DNA of 29,969 bases from a virus (lineage: Duplodnaviria > Caudoviricetes), in IMG/VR virus record IMGVR_UViG_3300044698_000279, positions 1 to 29,969 of that record; one strand, given 5' to 3'. Below the pieces are notes generated by a model. It saw nothing but the letters and a program-made list of their open reading frames with translations. It was not told where the DNA came from and ran no database searches. Both the position numbers and the translations under genes were made by a program. Shown here piece by piece: positions 14,860 through 24,322 of the stretch; positions within the stretch are counted from its first letter, which is position 1; the number at the start of each line of letters is the position of its first letter.

Positions 14860-16490
14860 GCATAAACGAAGCAAAGATTCTTCGTGAGGCCATCTCACAG
14901 GGCAGGCAACATTTCGCAAAAGGTTCCCTGATTGAATGGGCAATGCGAAAGATAGAAATTGAAGTGTCCAGTGGTGACTGGCGAAAATTTTCTTTTGAAG
15001 GTCATGAACCACTCAGAGAAATTTATCAAGACGAATTACATCCGAGAACAACAATCATTAAAGCCGCCCAACTTGGTGTTTCTGTTTATAGTGTCTTGAA
15101 AGCTATGTATCTTGGTGATAAATATGGAATTTCAACTGCCTATTATTTCCCGACCGATACGGATGTTCAGGATTTTGTCGATGAAAAATTTGATAAAATT
15201 ATTGAGAACTCGGAATACCTGTCAACATTATCATTGCCGGGTGATATTGACAATAAGGGACTAAAGCAATTTTCCAGATTTGCACTATTTTTTCGAGGTA
15301 CTGAAAAGAAACGAAAAGTTAAATCAATCACAGTGGGGCATGTTGTAAAAGATGAGTTGGATGAAGCCAATCAGGAAAACATGAAATTTGCTGATGACAG
15401 AATGCTCCATCAAAAACGGCGAATAATCACGGAGCTGTCACAACCCAGTGAGGAAGATTTTGGGATTGATGAAGCTTTTAAGCAAAGCGACATGAGGTAT
15501 TGGGCTGTTCGTTGTGGTTGCGGTAAATGGAATTTTCCCGATAAAGATTTTCCGGAGAACCTTATAACGAAGGGTAAAAATGTATATTTTGGGTGTATAA
15601 AATGTTCCAGAAAATTAAATATGGCAGCAGGCCGGTATGTAGCCGAACACCCTTCACGTTCCAAAGATCACCGGGGCTTTCAACTTTCACATTTATTATT
15701 CGGTGTATATTCACCCGCTGAAATAAAAATCAAGTATGAATCGGCCGTAAAAAGCAGCGATAAAAAAAATCTGAATATTTCTGTTTTAGGTAAAGCCTAT
15801 TCCACCGCTCAATCGAAACCCATAACAGATGAAATTTTAAATAATGCGGAGCGCCCATACGGCTTGTTACGTGAAGCCAAGTTTTCATACTTTGGAATGG
15901 ATATGGGGGATAATGCACACATGTGTTTTGGCATCCCAAGCCGTGACGGCAGACGAATTCAAGTTGTTGCAATGTATGAATGGAATGCCGAGGACAAAGA
16001 TGGCATTATTGCATTAATGAAACGATTTGGTGTGTATTCCGGGGTTATTGACGCCATGCCTTATAAACCAACTGCGAAGGCCATTGCGCGAGCATTTGAA
16101 GGTCGTGTGGCAATAAACTATTATAAAGGCGAAACCTTAAAAACAGGTACTGAAGGTGAAGGCCCCTGGGAAGTCAAAAAAACGACAATTGAAAGAAATG
16201 AGTCTCTTGATGATACTGTTGAACTTGTTCAGGACGGCGGAATAATACTACCCTCGAGAAAAATTTTAACGGGTTCGGATCTTGAAATATATGAAATGTT
16301 CAGAAAACATTTAAAACAGCTACTTAAAGAACAGGTAGAAAAGGCAGATGGTTCTTTCATTTGGCAATATAAAAAAAAAGTAGCAAATCACTTTGGCATG
16401 GCCTTGAACTATATGCGCATTGCACGCGAGATTTCTACGCTGGAAGTTTCATCTGGAGTTGATCCTGTATGTTTTGAATTGGATTATTGA
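14856..16490 (+). CDS. Terminase large subunit (GpA-like family)
   Basis: IIKAAQLGVS Walker A variant, VVKDELDE Walker B, CGCG...CIKC zinc site, FGMDMG nuclease motif. Confidence 0.9.
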   Translation: MSINEAKILREAISQGRQHFAKGSLIEWAMRKIEIEVSSGDWRKFSFEGHEPLREIYQDELHPRTTIIKAAQLGVSVYSVLKAMYLGDKYGISTAYYFPTDTDVQDFVDEKFDKIIENSEYLSTLSLPGDIDNKGLKQFSRFALFFRGTEKKRKVKSITVGHVVKDELDEANQENMKFADDRMLHQKRRIITELSQPSEEDFGIDEAFKQSDMRYWAVRCGCGKWNFPDKDFPENLITKGKNVYFGCIKCSRKLNMAAGRYVAEHPSRSKDHRGFQLSHLLFGVYSPAEIKIKYESAVKSSDKKNLNISVLGKAYSTAQSKPITDEILNNAERPYGLLREAKFSYFGMDMGDNAHMCFGIPSRDGRRIQVVAMYEWNAEDKDGIIALMKRFGVYSGVIDAMPYKPTAKAIARAFEGRVAINYYKGETLKTGTEGEGPWEVKKTTIERNESLDDTVELVQDGGIILPSRKILTGSDLEIYEMFRKHLKQLLKEQVEKADGSFIWQYKKKVANHFGMALNYMRIAREISTLEVSSGVDPVCFELDY

Positions 16491-16501
16491 TGGAGTGATA
16501 A

Positions 16502-17818
16502 ATGAAAACGAGTCTTTGGAAAAAAATACAACATCGATTTTTCGGGGCAAGCGTGGCGATTGCTATGGATGCATCGAGCGCCAGTCGAAAACAGGAAACC
16601 GATATAAATTTTACCCGGCCTTATCCCGTTGAATTTCTCGAAGAAATTGAGAAGCTGGTCCTTACTACTCCAAACTTGAGCCAGGCGCTCAAACGCTCGA
16701 TTCAACTGGGTAATACCGGGCATAATGTCGAAGTCGTTTTGTCACGGGGGGACAACAAGGCCGCTCTGGACGAAATCAACGAACTGGCTGAGAGTGTTTA
16801 TCCCAATGGCACGGGCGCGGATGGCCTCGTCAATGCCCTTTGGCGGCAGATCATGATTAAGGGGGCGTCGTCTCTGGAATTGATTCCCAGCATGGATTTA
16901 AAATCTATTGAGAAGGTCGCTTTAATTCCCGTGGAGACGGTACGATTTAAAATCGAGAACGCCGAAAGAAAAATCGTTCAAAATCATAACGGCGAAGAAT
17001 TTTTATTGAATCCTGAACAATATATTTATTACCCCCTTTTCACTGATGAACGAAGCCCTTACGGAATCCCTCCGTATTTATCTGCGCTTGAAATTGCTTA
17101 TACACAAAAAGACGCAATCAAGGGAATCGCTAAAATTATCAAGAAAATCGGTTTGCTCGGTTTTATTTTTGCGAAACTGAAAATTCCATTTCGAGGCAAT
17201 GAATCTGAAAATGAATATCAGGCAAGATTGAAAAAAAAGCTCTCCGATTTCAGTAATGGATTCAAAAGCAATGTGGAGAACGGCGCCATTGCCGGTTATG
17301 ATGACACAACAATTGAGCATCATTCTGTAACGAGCGAAGCTCGCGGCGCGATTGATTTGTTTCGCGAGATTGAAACACAGTATGCCAGCGGGATTGATTT
17401 TGACCCTGCTATGCTGGGCCGGTCTTATTCTACCACCGAAACCTATGCCGGTGTCGTGTACTATGCGTTTCTTGCCTCGAACAAAAATGTCAGGCGCGTC
17501 ATTAAACGTGTTCTCGAAAAAATGTACAAAACACATTTGATTTTACGGGGTTATTCGGTGAAACGAGTACGGGTTAAATTCAACCCGGATATGGCGTTGA
17601 ATCCGAAAGAAGATGCGGAAGCTGAGAGTATCAAGATTGGCAATGTCATCATGAAAATCAATGCCGGTCTAATCGATGACGATACCGGAGCCCGTGAACT
17701 GGGTTACGAAAAAGCAACGGGGAAAAAACAAACTCCGCAGACTGCGGGTTTGTCTGAATTTTTAGATTTCGTAGGACTTGCCGAAAAAAAAAACATTCCG
17801 ATGTACCGGATAAAGTAG
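16502..17818 (+). CDS. Portal protein
   Basis: Follows TerL; SPYGIPPY motif; 438 aa. Confidence 0.8.
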   Translation: MKTSLWKKIQHRFFGASVAIAMDASSASRKQETDINFTRPYPVEFLEEIEKLVLTTPNLSQALKRSIQLGNTGHNVEVVLSRGDNKAALDEINELAESVYPNGTGADGLVNALWRQIMIKGASSLELIPSMDLKSIEKVALIPVETVRFKIENAERKIVQNHNGEEFLLNPEQYIYYPLFTDERSPYGIPPYLSALEIAYTQKDAIKGIAKIIKKIGLLGFIFAKLKIPFRGNESENEYQARLKKKLSDFSNGFKSNVENGAIAGYDDTTIEHHSVTSEARGAIDLFREIETQYASGIDFDPAMLGRSYSTTETYAGVVYYAFLASNKNVRRVIKRVLEKMYKTHLILRGYSVKRVRVKFNPDMALNPKEDAEAESIKIGNVIMKINAGLIDDDTGARELGYEKATGKKQTPQTAGLSEFLDFVGLAEKKNIPMYRIK

Positions 17819-19104
17819 ATGTTGAACAGCAAGCCCGTGATGCTGTCGATGAGGCGATCAAAGTTTTTCAAAAAACATTTACCACGGAGTTAAATTCGAT
17901 TCTTGGCGATCTCGAATCTGCACTGGCGAAATCCCCGGATATTGAGACTGCAATGAAGATCCTCGATAGCGGGATGAAAGACAAATTACCGTCTGCGCTT
18001 TATGATGCCGTCAAGGGCAATATCGTTGATGCCTGGAAAGAAGTTAGCAAGTCAGCTGTAAAAACAAGAAACGATGTTTTACCGCAGGCTCTTGATTTTT
18101 TTAAAAAATCAAATAACCACGACTATGGGAAAATATACCAGGACAACCGATCTGATTTGCAAAAGGCCGTTGAGGAAGAACTTGCCGGTCGGCCGTCTGA
18201 TTCAAAGAGCGCAATGGAGAGCGCTCGCAAAGCCGCTGAAAAAGCCAAAACGTATTTTTCAGACGAGGTACTTTTTAACCGTTATAAAATGGTTGTTTCT
18301 GGAGCTGTAATGAAAGCGCGGAATTTTTCGCAGGTTCTAAGCTATGAGGAACTGCAATATACCGAAGTCGAGATTGTAGCCATTCTGGATCAAAAGACTT
18401 CATCGATTTGCAAATTTATGAATGGCAGAAGAATTCAGATAAAGACAGCCGCCAATTACGTGAGAGAATACATGGACACCGACCCGTCTGATGTCACCGC
18501 AAGATTCGGCTGGCCGAAAAGAGAAACCGTCGGCGAAATGCAAGGAAAATCAACTGCGGACGCAGTCAAGGGGCTGGGCGCGAAACTTCCGCCCTATCAT
18601 GCGCATTGTAGAACGACTGTTGTGCCGGGATATACTGAGAGGGTTGGCAATCAAAATGGCAAAAAACTATTATTGGGAAATTATAAAAAGCCGCCACTAA
18701 CAAAAATTACTGAGGAAGATAAAATTCCTTACAAAGAAAGCCTTAATTTGAGAATGAAAGAATATGATAATTTAACAGAGGATGAATTTGCATCTAAAAT
18801 AAATTCTTCAAGATATTCACAGTGGTCTGAGAAAAATCTAAAAAAACATTTTGATTATCACGCTTATGAGTTCGGGGAAATAACCATTGATGATTATAAA
18901 AAAATCAGCGAAAAAGTACTAACTAAATTCGATAATTTATATCTTTACAATGTGGACGGAGACAATAGATTGATGTTTTATAATATGTCTGAAAATATTG
19001 GCACTGTGGTATCAACTGACGATAATAATATTATTGCCTGTTTTAAACCAGACCAGTACTATAAAGACAGAACCATTGAAAATTTGTACATTAAAATAAA
19101 ATGA
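17794..19104 (+). CDS. MuF/SPP1 gp7-like head morphogenesis protein with C-terminal toxin-like extension; frame open upstream of first ATG (17953)
   Basis: AILDQKTSSICKFMNGR and PPYHAHCRTTV MuF motifs; AT-rich extension LKKHFDYHAYEFG...DY...CFKP. Confidence 0.8.
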   Translation, partial: HSDVPDKVDVEQQARDAVDEAIKVFQKTFTTELNSILGDLESALAKSPDIETAMKILDSGMKDKLPSALYDAVKGNIVDAWKEVSKSAVKTRNDVLPQALDFFKKSNNHDYGKIYQDNRSDLQKAVEEELAGRPSDSKSAMESARKAAEKAKTYFSDEVLFNRYKMVVSGAVMKARNFSQVLSYEELQYTEVEIVAILDQKTSSICKFMNGRRIQIKTAANYVREYMDTDPSDVTARFGWPKRETVGEMQGKSTADAVKGLGAKLPPYHAHCRTTVVPGYTERVGNQNGKKLLLGNYKKPPLTKITEEDKIPYKESLNLRMKEYDNLTEDEFASKINSSRYSQWSEKNLKKHFDYHAYEFGEITIDDYKKISEKVLTKFDNLYLYNVDGDNRLMFYNMSENIGTVVSTDDNNIIACFKPDQYYKDRTIENLYIKIK

Positions 19105-19406
19105 AAGTTGAAATTGTAAAAAAAATAATTGAAGAAGCTCGAACCAAATCTGTGGAATGGGAGAGTTTTGTTTCTGCGATACATTCAGCTGATTCCGCAG
19201 AAGATAAAGCTGTTGATATTCAACTTGTGAAAGCTTTTGAAAATATTGAAAGGGTCGGCTATTTTGTTCCGCGCAGGACTGACGGTTCTTGGCGTTGGGA
19301 ATGGAGATTGATTTCTCAGGGCGAGTATCCCCTCGAAAAACTTCCCGATCATGTACGCGATCTGGCCTATGTTCTCTACTACCAAAAATCAAAAAAATCG
19401 GCGTAA
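19101..19406 (+). CDS. Small protein, candidate immunity for the MuF C-terminal domain
   Basis: 101 aa, ATGA-coupled to MuF. Confidence 0.55.
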   Translation: MKVEIVKKIIEEARTKSVEWESFVSAIHSADSAEDKAVDIQLVKAFENIERVGYFVPRRTDGSWRWEWRLISQGEYPLEKLPDHVRDLAYVLYYQKSKKSA

Positions 19407-19585
19407 ATTGACGAATATGAAACAAGCGATTTTCAGCCATTTTCCGGGGGTTTTTGAATGTGCCGCCCATCGGGTCGGGAAAATGGGACATAACGCAACC
19501 GCAACGCTCTGCAACGGTTTTTACGGGATTTTACAGGAGAGTCCAACCCTGTTTTTCCAAAACCAGTTTAGCTTTGGAGGAATTT

Positions 19586-19885
19586 ATGAGTAAGGTCGAA
19601 GATTTAAAGATTATTTCCGAGGAAATTTTGTCAATGCGACTTAGGGAGTTGATAGAGACTCACTGCTTGAAAAACTTTATATGCATTGATGGGCCGAAAG
19701 CATATGAAATATCTATACCAAAGAAAGAGCCTTTTGAAGGTATGGAATTAAAAGTATTTATAATCAAAGAAAATCCAGACCAAAATGATATTGTACCGTT
19801 AATAGTAAATTACGTATTAAAATATGTTTTCGTAGATTACGAAAAAATCTGGTTTTGGCAATATACTTCTAAAAATATTTCTTAA
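19586..19885 (+). CDS. AT-rich hypothetical protein
   Basis: GGAGG RBS before ATG 19586. Confidence 0.65.
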   Translation: MSKVEDLKIISEEILSMRLRELIETHCLKNFICIDGPKAYEISIPKKEPFEGMELKVFIIKENPDQNDIVPLIVNYVLKYVFVDYEKIWFWQYTSKNIS

Positions 19886-19901
19886 AAAAACTTCATCATC
19901 A

Positions 19902-19962
19902 CACGCATGAGCCGTATCACCGGCATCATGCCCTTGTAATTTAAAATCACATGTGTTAAATT
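19902..19962 (+). promoter_or_regulatory. Late promoter 2: activator box + TTGTAA-N17-TAAATT
   Basis: Near-identical copy of the 13276 box; ATG 19971 is 8 nt after the -10. Confidence 0.75.
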
Positions 19963-19970
19963 ACTGCCAG

Positions 19971-21098
19971 ATGAGTAACTGGCAGAAAGTCAAAAACGAT
20001 TGGGTCAAGCTGAAAAACGGCATCGACCTGAATGTCAATGGTCAGGGTATCGTGTGTTTCAGCAACGCGGGATTTGCCCTGGGCAGTAACGGTTTGAAAC
20101 TAACTGGCGGTTCAACATTGGCAATCACTCCGGTCGAAGGCAAAGAGGAAGATGGTCAAGAGTATGTGGACTACAAGTTCCGGATGCTCTCTAAAACCTA
20201 TATTCCCGGTTGGGAGTTAGATTTCAGAGAGGAAAATGTGCTGCAAGAATCAGTGGCGCTTTTTGCTACAAAACTGACTCGTAATCATAATACTTCCATT
20301 GAGAACTTTCATGGCAAATCTTTGAACCCTTCATGGAATAACTCGACGACACCGCCAGGCATCGACGCGACCTACCGGATTTATAAAGAATTCGGCAGCG
20401 ACATTATCAAAAAGCTAAATCTGGGGATACTGGATTCTACCAGCGTCGGGATAAGATTCTTGTGGAAAAAGTCTCACCCTGGTATGAGGCTGTGGGATTT
20501 TCTGGATAATCTTGGCAGGGAAATTGACGGTCAAATCGTTCGATTTGTCATCACCAAAATTCTGAGCGTTCCTGAAGCGTCGATTGTTTATGCCGGGGCC
20601 GATGAAAACGCCAAACGCCTGTCACAAACAGGCAATCAAAATTTAAACGATATTATAAATTCTCAAGGAGATAACATGGATGAAATCATGAAGCTTGAAA
20701 AACAGCTTACCGAAAAAACCTCTGAGCTTACAGAACTCAGAACAAAACACACTGCTTTGGAAACCGAGAACAAAACTCTGAAGACAGAAAACGAAAAGCT
20801 TAAGCCTCTTGCGGCTTTGGGCGAAGCACAGCACAAAACTCTGAGAGAAGACGCTGAAAAATTTTACCGTCTGGCGGAGAAAACCCCGAAAGACGAAATG
20901 GTAAAGATTTTGCAAAGCGGCGATCTCGAAACTGTGAAAACGCTTCATGCGGATTTCAAGGAGCGCGCTGAAAAATTGCATCCGGCAAAATGTCCGAATT
21001 GCCAAGTATCTTTGACAAGACAGTCGAGCAAGACTGAAGGTGATACGTCTGATGAAACCTCTGATGACGACATCAACATGGACGACTACGAAATTTAA
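19971..21098 (+). CDS. Prohead protease/scaffold protein
   Basis: RNH...TSVG...EASIVYAGAD protease-like motifs, C-terminal coiled coil; precedes capsid genes. Confidence 0.7.
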   Translation: MSNWQKVKNDWVKLKNGIDLNVNGQGIVCFSNAGFALGSNGLKLTGGSTLAITPVEGKEEDGQEYVDYKFRMLSKTYIPGWELDFREENVLQESVALFATKLTRNHNTSIENFHGKSLNPSWNNSTTPPGIDATYRIYKEFGSDIIKKLNLGILDSTSVGIRFLWKKSHPGMRLWDFLDNLGREIDGQIVRFVITKILSVPEASIVYAGADENAKRLSQTGNQNLNDIINSQGDNMDEIMKLEKQLTEKTSELTELRTKHTALETENKTLKTENEKLKPLAALGEAQHKTLREDAEKFYRLAEKTPKDEMVKILQSGDLETVKTLHADFKERAEKLHPAKCPNCQVSLTRQSSKTEGDTSDETSDDDINMDDYEI

Positions 21099-21116
21099 AA
21101 CAGGAAGGAGTAATTT

Positions 21117-21482
21117 ATGTTCAATAAAAGTTACAGAGGAATTGGCCGTGATCTGGCTATCACAATGGTCGGGGCCGGAATTGTTCGGGATCAGGATGAG
21201 GGCAAACCCGCCAAGGTCAGCGGTAACGATACCCTGACACTCGCTGGCGATGGAGATCCGTTCATTGGCGTGATCGGGGACATAGAGCCGGATCTGACAA
21301 CAACCCTGGAACCGGCAGGATGTTTTGAGCATTCCTATACAGGAGCTGACCCAGTTGTTGGCGTTCAGAAAATTTTATGTGATGCCGCCAATGGCGTCAA
21401 GGTCGATGCCGTCAACGGATTCCCGGTCACCGTACTCAATGTAGATACGGTCAACAAAATCGTTATTTTCTATAAAGGCTAA
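21117..21482 (+). CDS. Head decoration/cement-like protein
   Basis: 121 aa, beta/Gly-rich, between scaffold and MCP. Confidence 0.6.
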   Translation: MFNKSYRGIGRDLAITMVGAGIVRDQDEGKPAKVSGNDTLTLAGDGDPFIGVIGDIEPDLTTTLEPAGCFEHSYTGADPVVGVQKILCDAANGVKVDAVNGFPVTVLNVDTVNKIVIFYKG

Positions 21483-21496
21483 AAAAAGGAGAAATC

Positions 21497-22534
21497 ATGC
21501 CCCCTATTAAACAATTAAAACTCGAAAAAGAAATGTATACCGAGGCCAAATCTTTAGGAATTGGTTTTGGGGATTTACTTGAAAAATTGGACCCGAGCGA
21601 AAGCTATACCGGGAAGCTTGGCAAGATGACCGCGTTTCAGCGGCAGTGTGCACAGCTCGGCCTGAAAACTTCAGGTCGTGATGCAGCTTTGGTTGAAGCA
21701 TTTTTCTCAACCACTGCCAGCAAGGTGCTATTTCCTGAGTACATTGCCCAGCAGCTTTTGATCGGCTTGAAAAAAGGCCGCCGGTCAGCAACTCTGGCAG
21801 ATATCGTTTCGGTTACTAACCAGATTGATTCTACCAGTTATAAAACCATGGAAATCGATCTGGATAACACAGATGTCGATTATAAGCGAACCGCCGAGGG
21901 CGCAAAGTTTCCTGTGGCGAAAGTTCGTACCAAAGAAAAAGCCATCACGCTGTATAAAATCGGTACAAAGCTGGAATTTTCGTATGAGGCGATTCGCCGT
22001 ATGAAGTTGAATGTTTTGGGAGCTGCTTTACAGGTGCTTGGTACCAAACTCGGTCAGGATCTCGTTTACGAAGGTCTTGAAGTTCTTTTGAACGGTGACG
22101 GAAACTCAAACTCCGCAGGCAATGTGAATTCGGCTACGACCGGGGCGATTGTTTACGGTGATCTTTTAAATCTCGATTTCGTTTTTGAGGACGGCTTTGA
22201 ACCTGACATGATTGTTGCCAATAAAGCCGCAATGAAAAAGATTCTGTCTGTATCGGAATTTATCAATCCGCTTATCGCTTCTGATTTTCTGACCAAAGGT
22301 CAGGGAGTTACTCCCTTTGGTCTGGCGCTTAAAGTCAACAACAAGTTACCAGACGGTAAGCTGCTGGCCTTAAATAAAATCGGCGGGCTTGAAATGCTCG
22401 AAGAAAAAGGTGCTCAGATGGTTGAGGTGGACAAAATCATCGATCGTCAATTGCAGGGCAGCATTATTTCCAAGGTTGTTGGTTTTTCCAAGATTTTCAA
22501 ATCTTCAGCCAACACACTCACCTTCAACTGGTAA
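21497..22534 (+). CDS. Major capsid protein (HK97 fold)
   Basis: 345 aa; AEGAKFP, KIGTKLEFSYEAIRR, LLNGDG motifs. Confidence 0.85.
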   Translation: MPPIKQLKLEKEMYTEAKSLGIGFGDLLEKLDPSESYTGKLGKMTAFQRQCAQLGLKTSGRDAALVEAFFSTTASKVLFPEYIAQQLLIGLKKGRRSATLADIVSVTNQIDSTSYKTMEIDLDNTDVDYKRTAEGAKFPVAKVRTKEKAITLYKIGTKLEFSYEAIRRMKLNVLGAALQVLGTKLGQDLVYEGLEVLLNGDGNSNSAGNVNSATTGAIVYGDLLNLDFVFEDGFEPDMIVANKAAMKKILSVSEFINPLIASDFLTKGQGVTPFGLALKVNNKLPDGKLLALNKIGGLEMLEEKGAQMVEVDKIIDRQLQGSIISKVVGFSKIFKSSANTLTFNW

Positions 22535-22544
22535 GGAGTACTGA

Positions 22545-22988
22545 ATGAATACTCTGAAAGTACGTCTGAATCAGTCCATGGATAAAGCCGGTCTTGGTTT
22601 TACCGACATCGAAGGCAAGCAGGAAATCCGGGTCAAGAACCCCGGCAAGCGTGAGGTCATAACCGTTAAGGAAACGCATTTTGTTCGCCAGAAAATTCAA
22701 AGCGGCGAAATCGAAATTGTTGAGGTCGTCAAATCGGCGGCCTCTACAAAAACACAGGAGACCAGCCCCTCTACCACCAGTGAGGAAAAACCCACAGCTG
22801 AACAATTGAACGCAGCTCGCGAGGCTGTGGCTCAAGCTGAGGCGGCTCTTGAGAATGCCAAAGCAGATATCAAGAAAGCTGAGGATGCTACGCAAAAAGC
22901 AAATTGCAAGACCGCTATCGAGAACGCCGGTCAGGCTCTTGGCGATGCCAGGGCTGAATTAAAGCGTCTCGAAAAATTGGCGAAGTAA
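22545..22988 (+). CDS. Hypothetical head-associated protein
   Basis: After MCP; Ala-rich helical C-terminus; AAGGAG RBS. Confidence 0.7.
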   Translation: MNTLKVRLNQSMDKAGLGFTDIEGKQEIRVKNPGKREVITVKETHFVRQKIQSGEIEIVEVVKSAASTKTQETSPSTTSEEKPTAEQLNAAREAVAQAEAALENAKADIKKAEDATQKANCKTAIENAGQALGDARAELKRLEKLAK

Positions 22989-23022
22989 GAACCAATTTTA
23001 AAAATTAAAATAAGGAAAAACC

Positions 23023-23448
23023 ATGCTGACACAGGCGACTGACATTACTGCACTAGGTTTCGATGGCGATTTGCTAGGTATTACTGATTATACCGTGGTG
23101 GATACGTTTATTGAAGCCTCTATTGCCGTTGCGTCGGATCGCCTGGAAAGCTGGTTGAATGACTCTGAGAGCTACGCGGCCATTGAAGCCTTACCTGATA
23201 ATGACCGAAAGAAAATTCGGGTAAAACGGGTCGAGCTTCTTTTGAGTATTACTGAAATTTTACTCTTGATTCATGCCCAGTCAAGCGTTGGCGAAAACTC
23301 GATTAGCGTTGAAGGCTTCTCTATCAAGATCGCAAATATTACCCCAGAAGAATCTGTGAATATTTGCCGTGCGTTGGCTGATAAAGCCTACGTGATTTTA
23401 CGAGACTCTGCAAAGCAGCAGGAATACCCAGGGGTGGCTGTTTTATGA
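23023..23448 (+). CDS. Probable head-tail adaptor
   Basis: 141 aa helical; position. Confidence 0.55.
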   Translation: MLTQATDITALGFDGDLLGITDYTVVDTFIEASIAVASDRLESWLNDSESYAAIEALPDNDRKKIRVKRVELLLSITEILLLIHAQSSVGENSISVEGFSIKIANITPEESVNICRALADKAYVILRDSAKQQEYPGVAVL

Positions 23449-23855
23449 TTCACGCCGGAATCGCAAGACGGGCCTTTCGACGAACCGCAAACGGTGCGTT
23501 GGTTTTTCGCGCCTATACAGAAGTACCCGGCATATTAAATGCCATGCCTGATTCACAATATCAGGACACCCAAATTTCACCCGCAAAAATCAGGGGCATA
23601 ACCGAAAAGGAAAAATTGTCAGCAGCAGGCGCCTGGGATGAAGTTCAAAAGGTAGTAACCTTTGAGGCTCAAAGCGTAACTGGTAGAGCTGAACTTTTAC
23701 AGGGGCAAACTATCCCTGGTGATCGCGTGAATATTGGCGGGGTGTTGACAAATGGTGTTTTAGAAGGCGGTACTGATTTTACTATCGAAGATAAAGTATC
23801 AAGTAGCATAAACGGTTTTCATCTATTAAAACTCTACATCAAGGCGGTGCGATAA
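23445..23855 (+). CDS. Probable head closure protein
   Basis: 136 aa beta-rich; position. Confidence 0.5.
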   Translation: MIHAGIARRAFRRTANGALVFRAYTEVPGILNAMPDSQYQDTQISPAKIRGITEKEKLSAAGAWDEVQKVVTFEAQSVTGRAELLQGQTIPGDRVNIGGVLTNGVLEGGTDFTIEDKVSSSINGFHLLKLYIKAVR

Positions 23856-24322
23856 TGGGCGTTACCACCAGCGGCTTTGATGAGTTTTCCAAATACCTCG
23901 GCGGTGTTTCCCGCAAGGTTGACACTGTCATGGATCGCCGTGTTGCCAGAGCCGCAAATATTATTCGTATGAATGTCATCAAGGTGATTAATTCACAGCC
24001 TGCCGGTTGGGCGGCGCTCAATCCGAAATATGCTGCATGGAAAGCGGCTCATGGTGGGTCTCGTTTGAGACTCGTTTCGGGAATCCGGAATCCGGGGTCA
24101 CGAACACCGGCTGTGAATTACAGAAACTCTTTTGACGTTACCAAACTTGGAAACGCAAAATATGCCAGCGGTACAAACTACCCGCAGGCGCGTGCTCTTG
24201 AGCGTGGCAATGAGGCCAAGGGCGTTCAAGCCAGACCACATTTTGGGCCGGCAGTCGATCAATCGAAACCTGCTATTTTACAAGAATACAAAGACGGCGT
24301 GAAGGAGATTTTCGCAAAATGA
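23855..24322 (+). CDS. HK97 gp10/Mu gpG-like morphogenesis protein
   Basis: WAALNPKYAAWK, GTNYPQARALERG, ARPHFGPA motifs. Confidence 0.75.
   Translation: MGVTTSGFDEFSKYLGGVSRKVDTVMDRRVARAANIIRMNVIKVINSQPAGWAALNPKYAAWKAAHGGSRLRLVSGIRNPGSRTPAVNYRNSFDVTKLGNAKYASGTNYPQARALERGNEAKGVQARPHFGPAVDQSKPAILQEYKDGVKEIFAK

Noticed and set aside
17078-17536. 152-aa minus-strand ORF within portal
   Set aside because: Antisense shadow of a conserved structural gene
20643-21332. 229-aa minus-strand ORF
   Set aside because: Antisense shadow of scaffold/decoration genes; no recognisable motif or operon context
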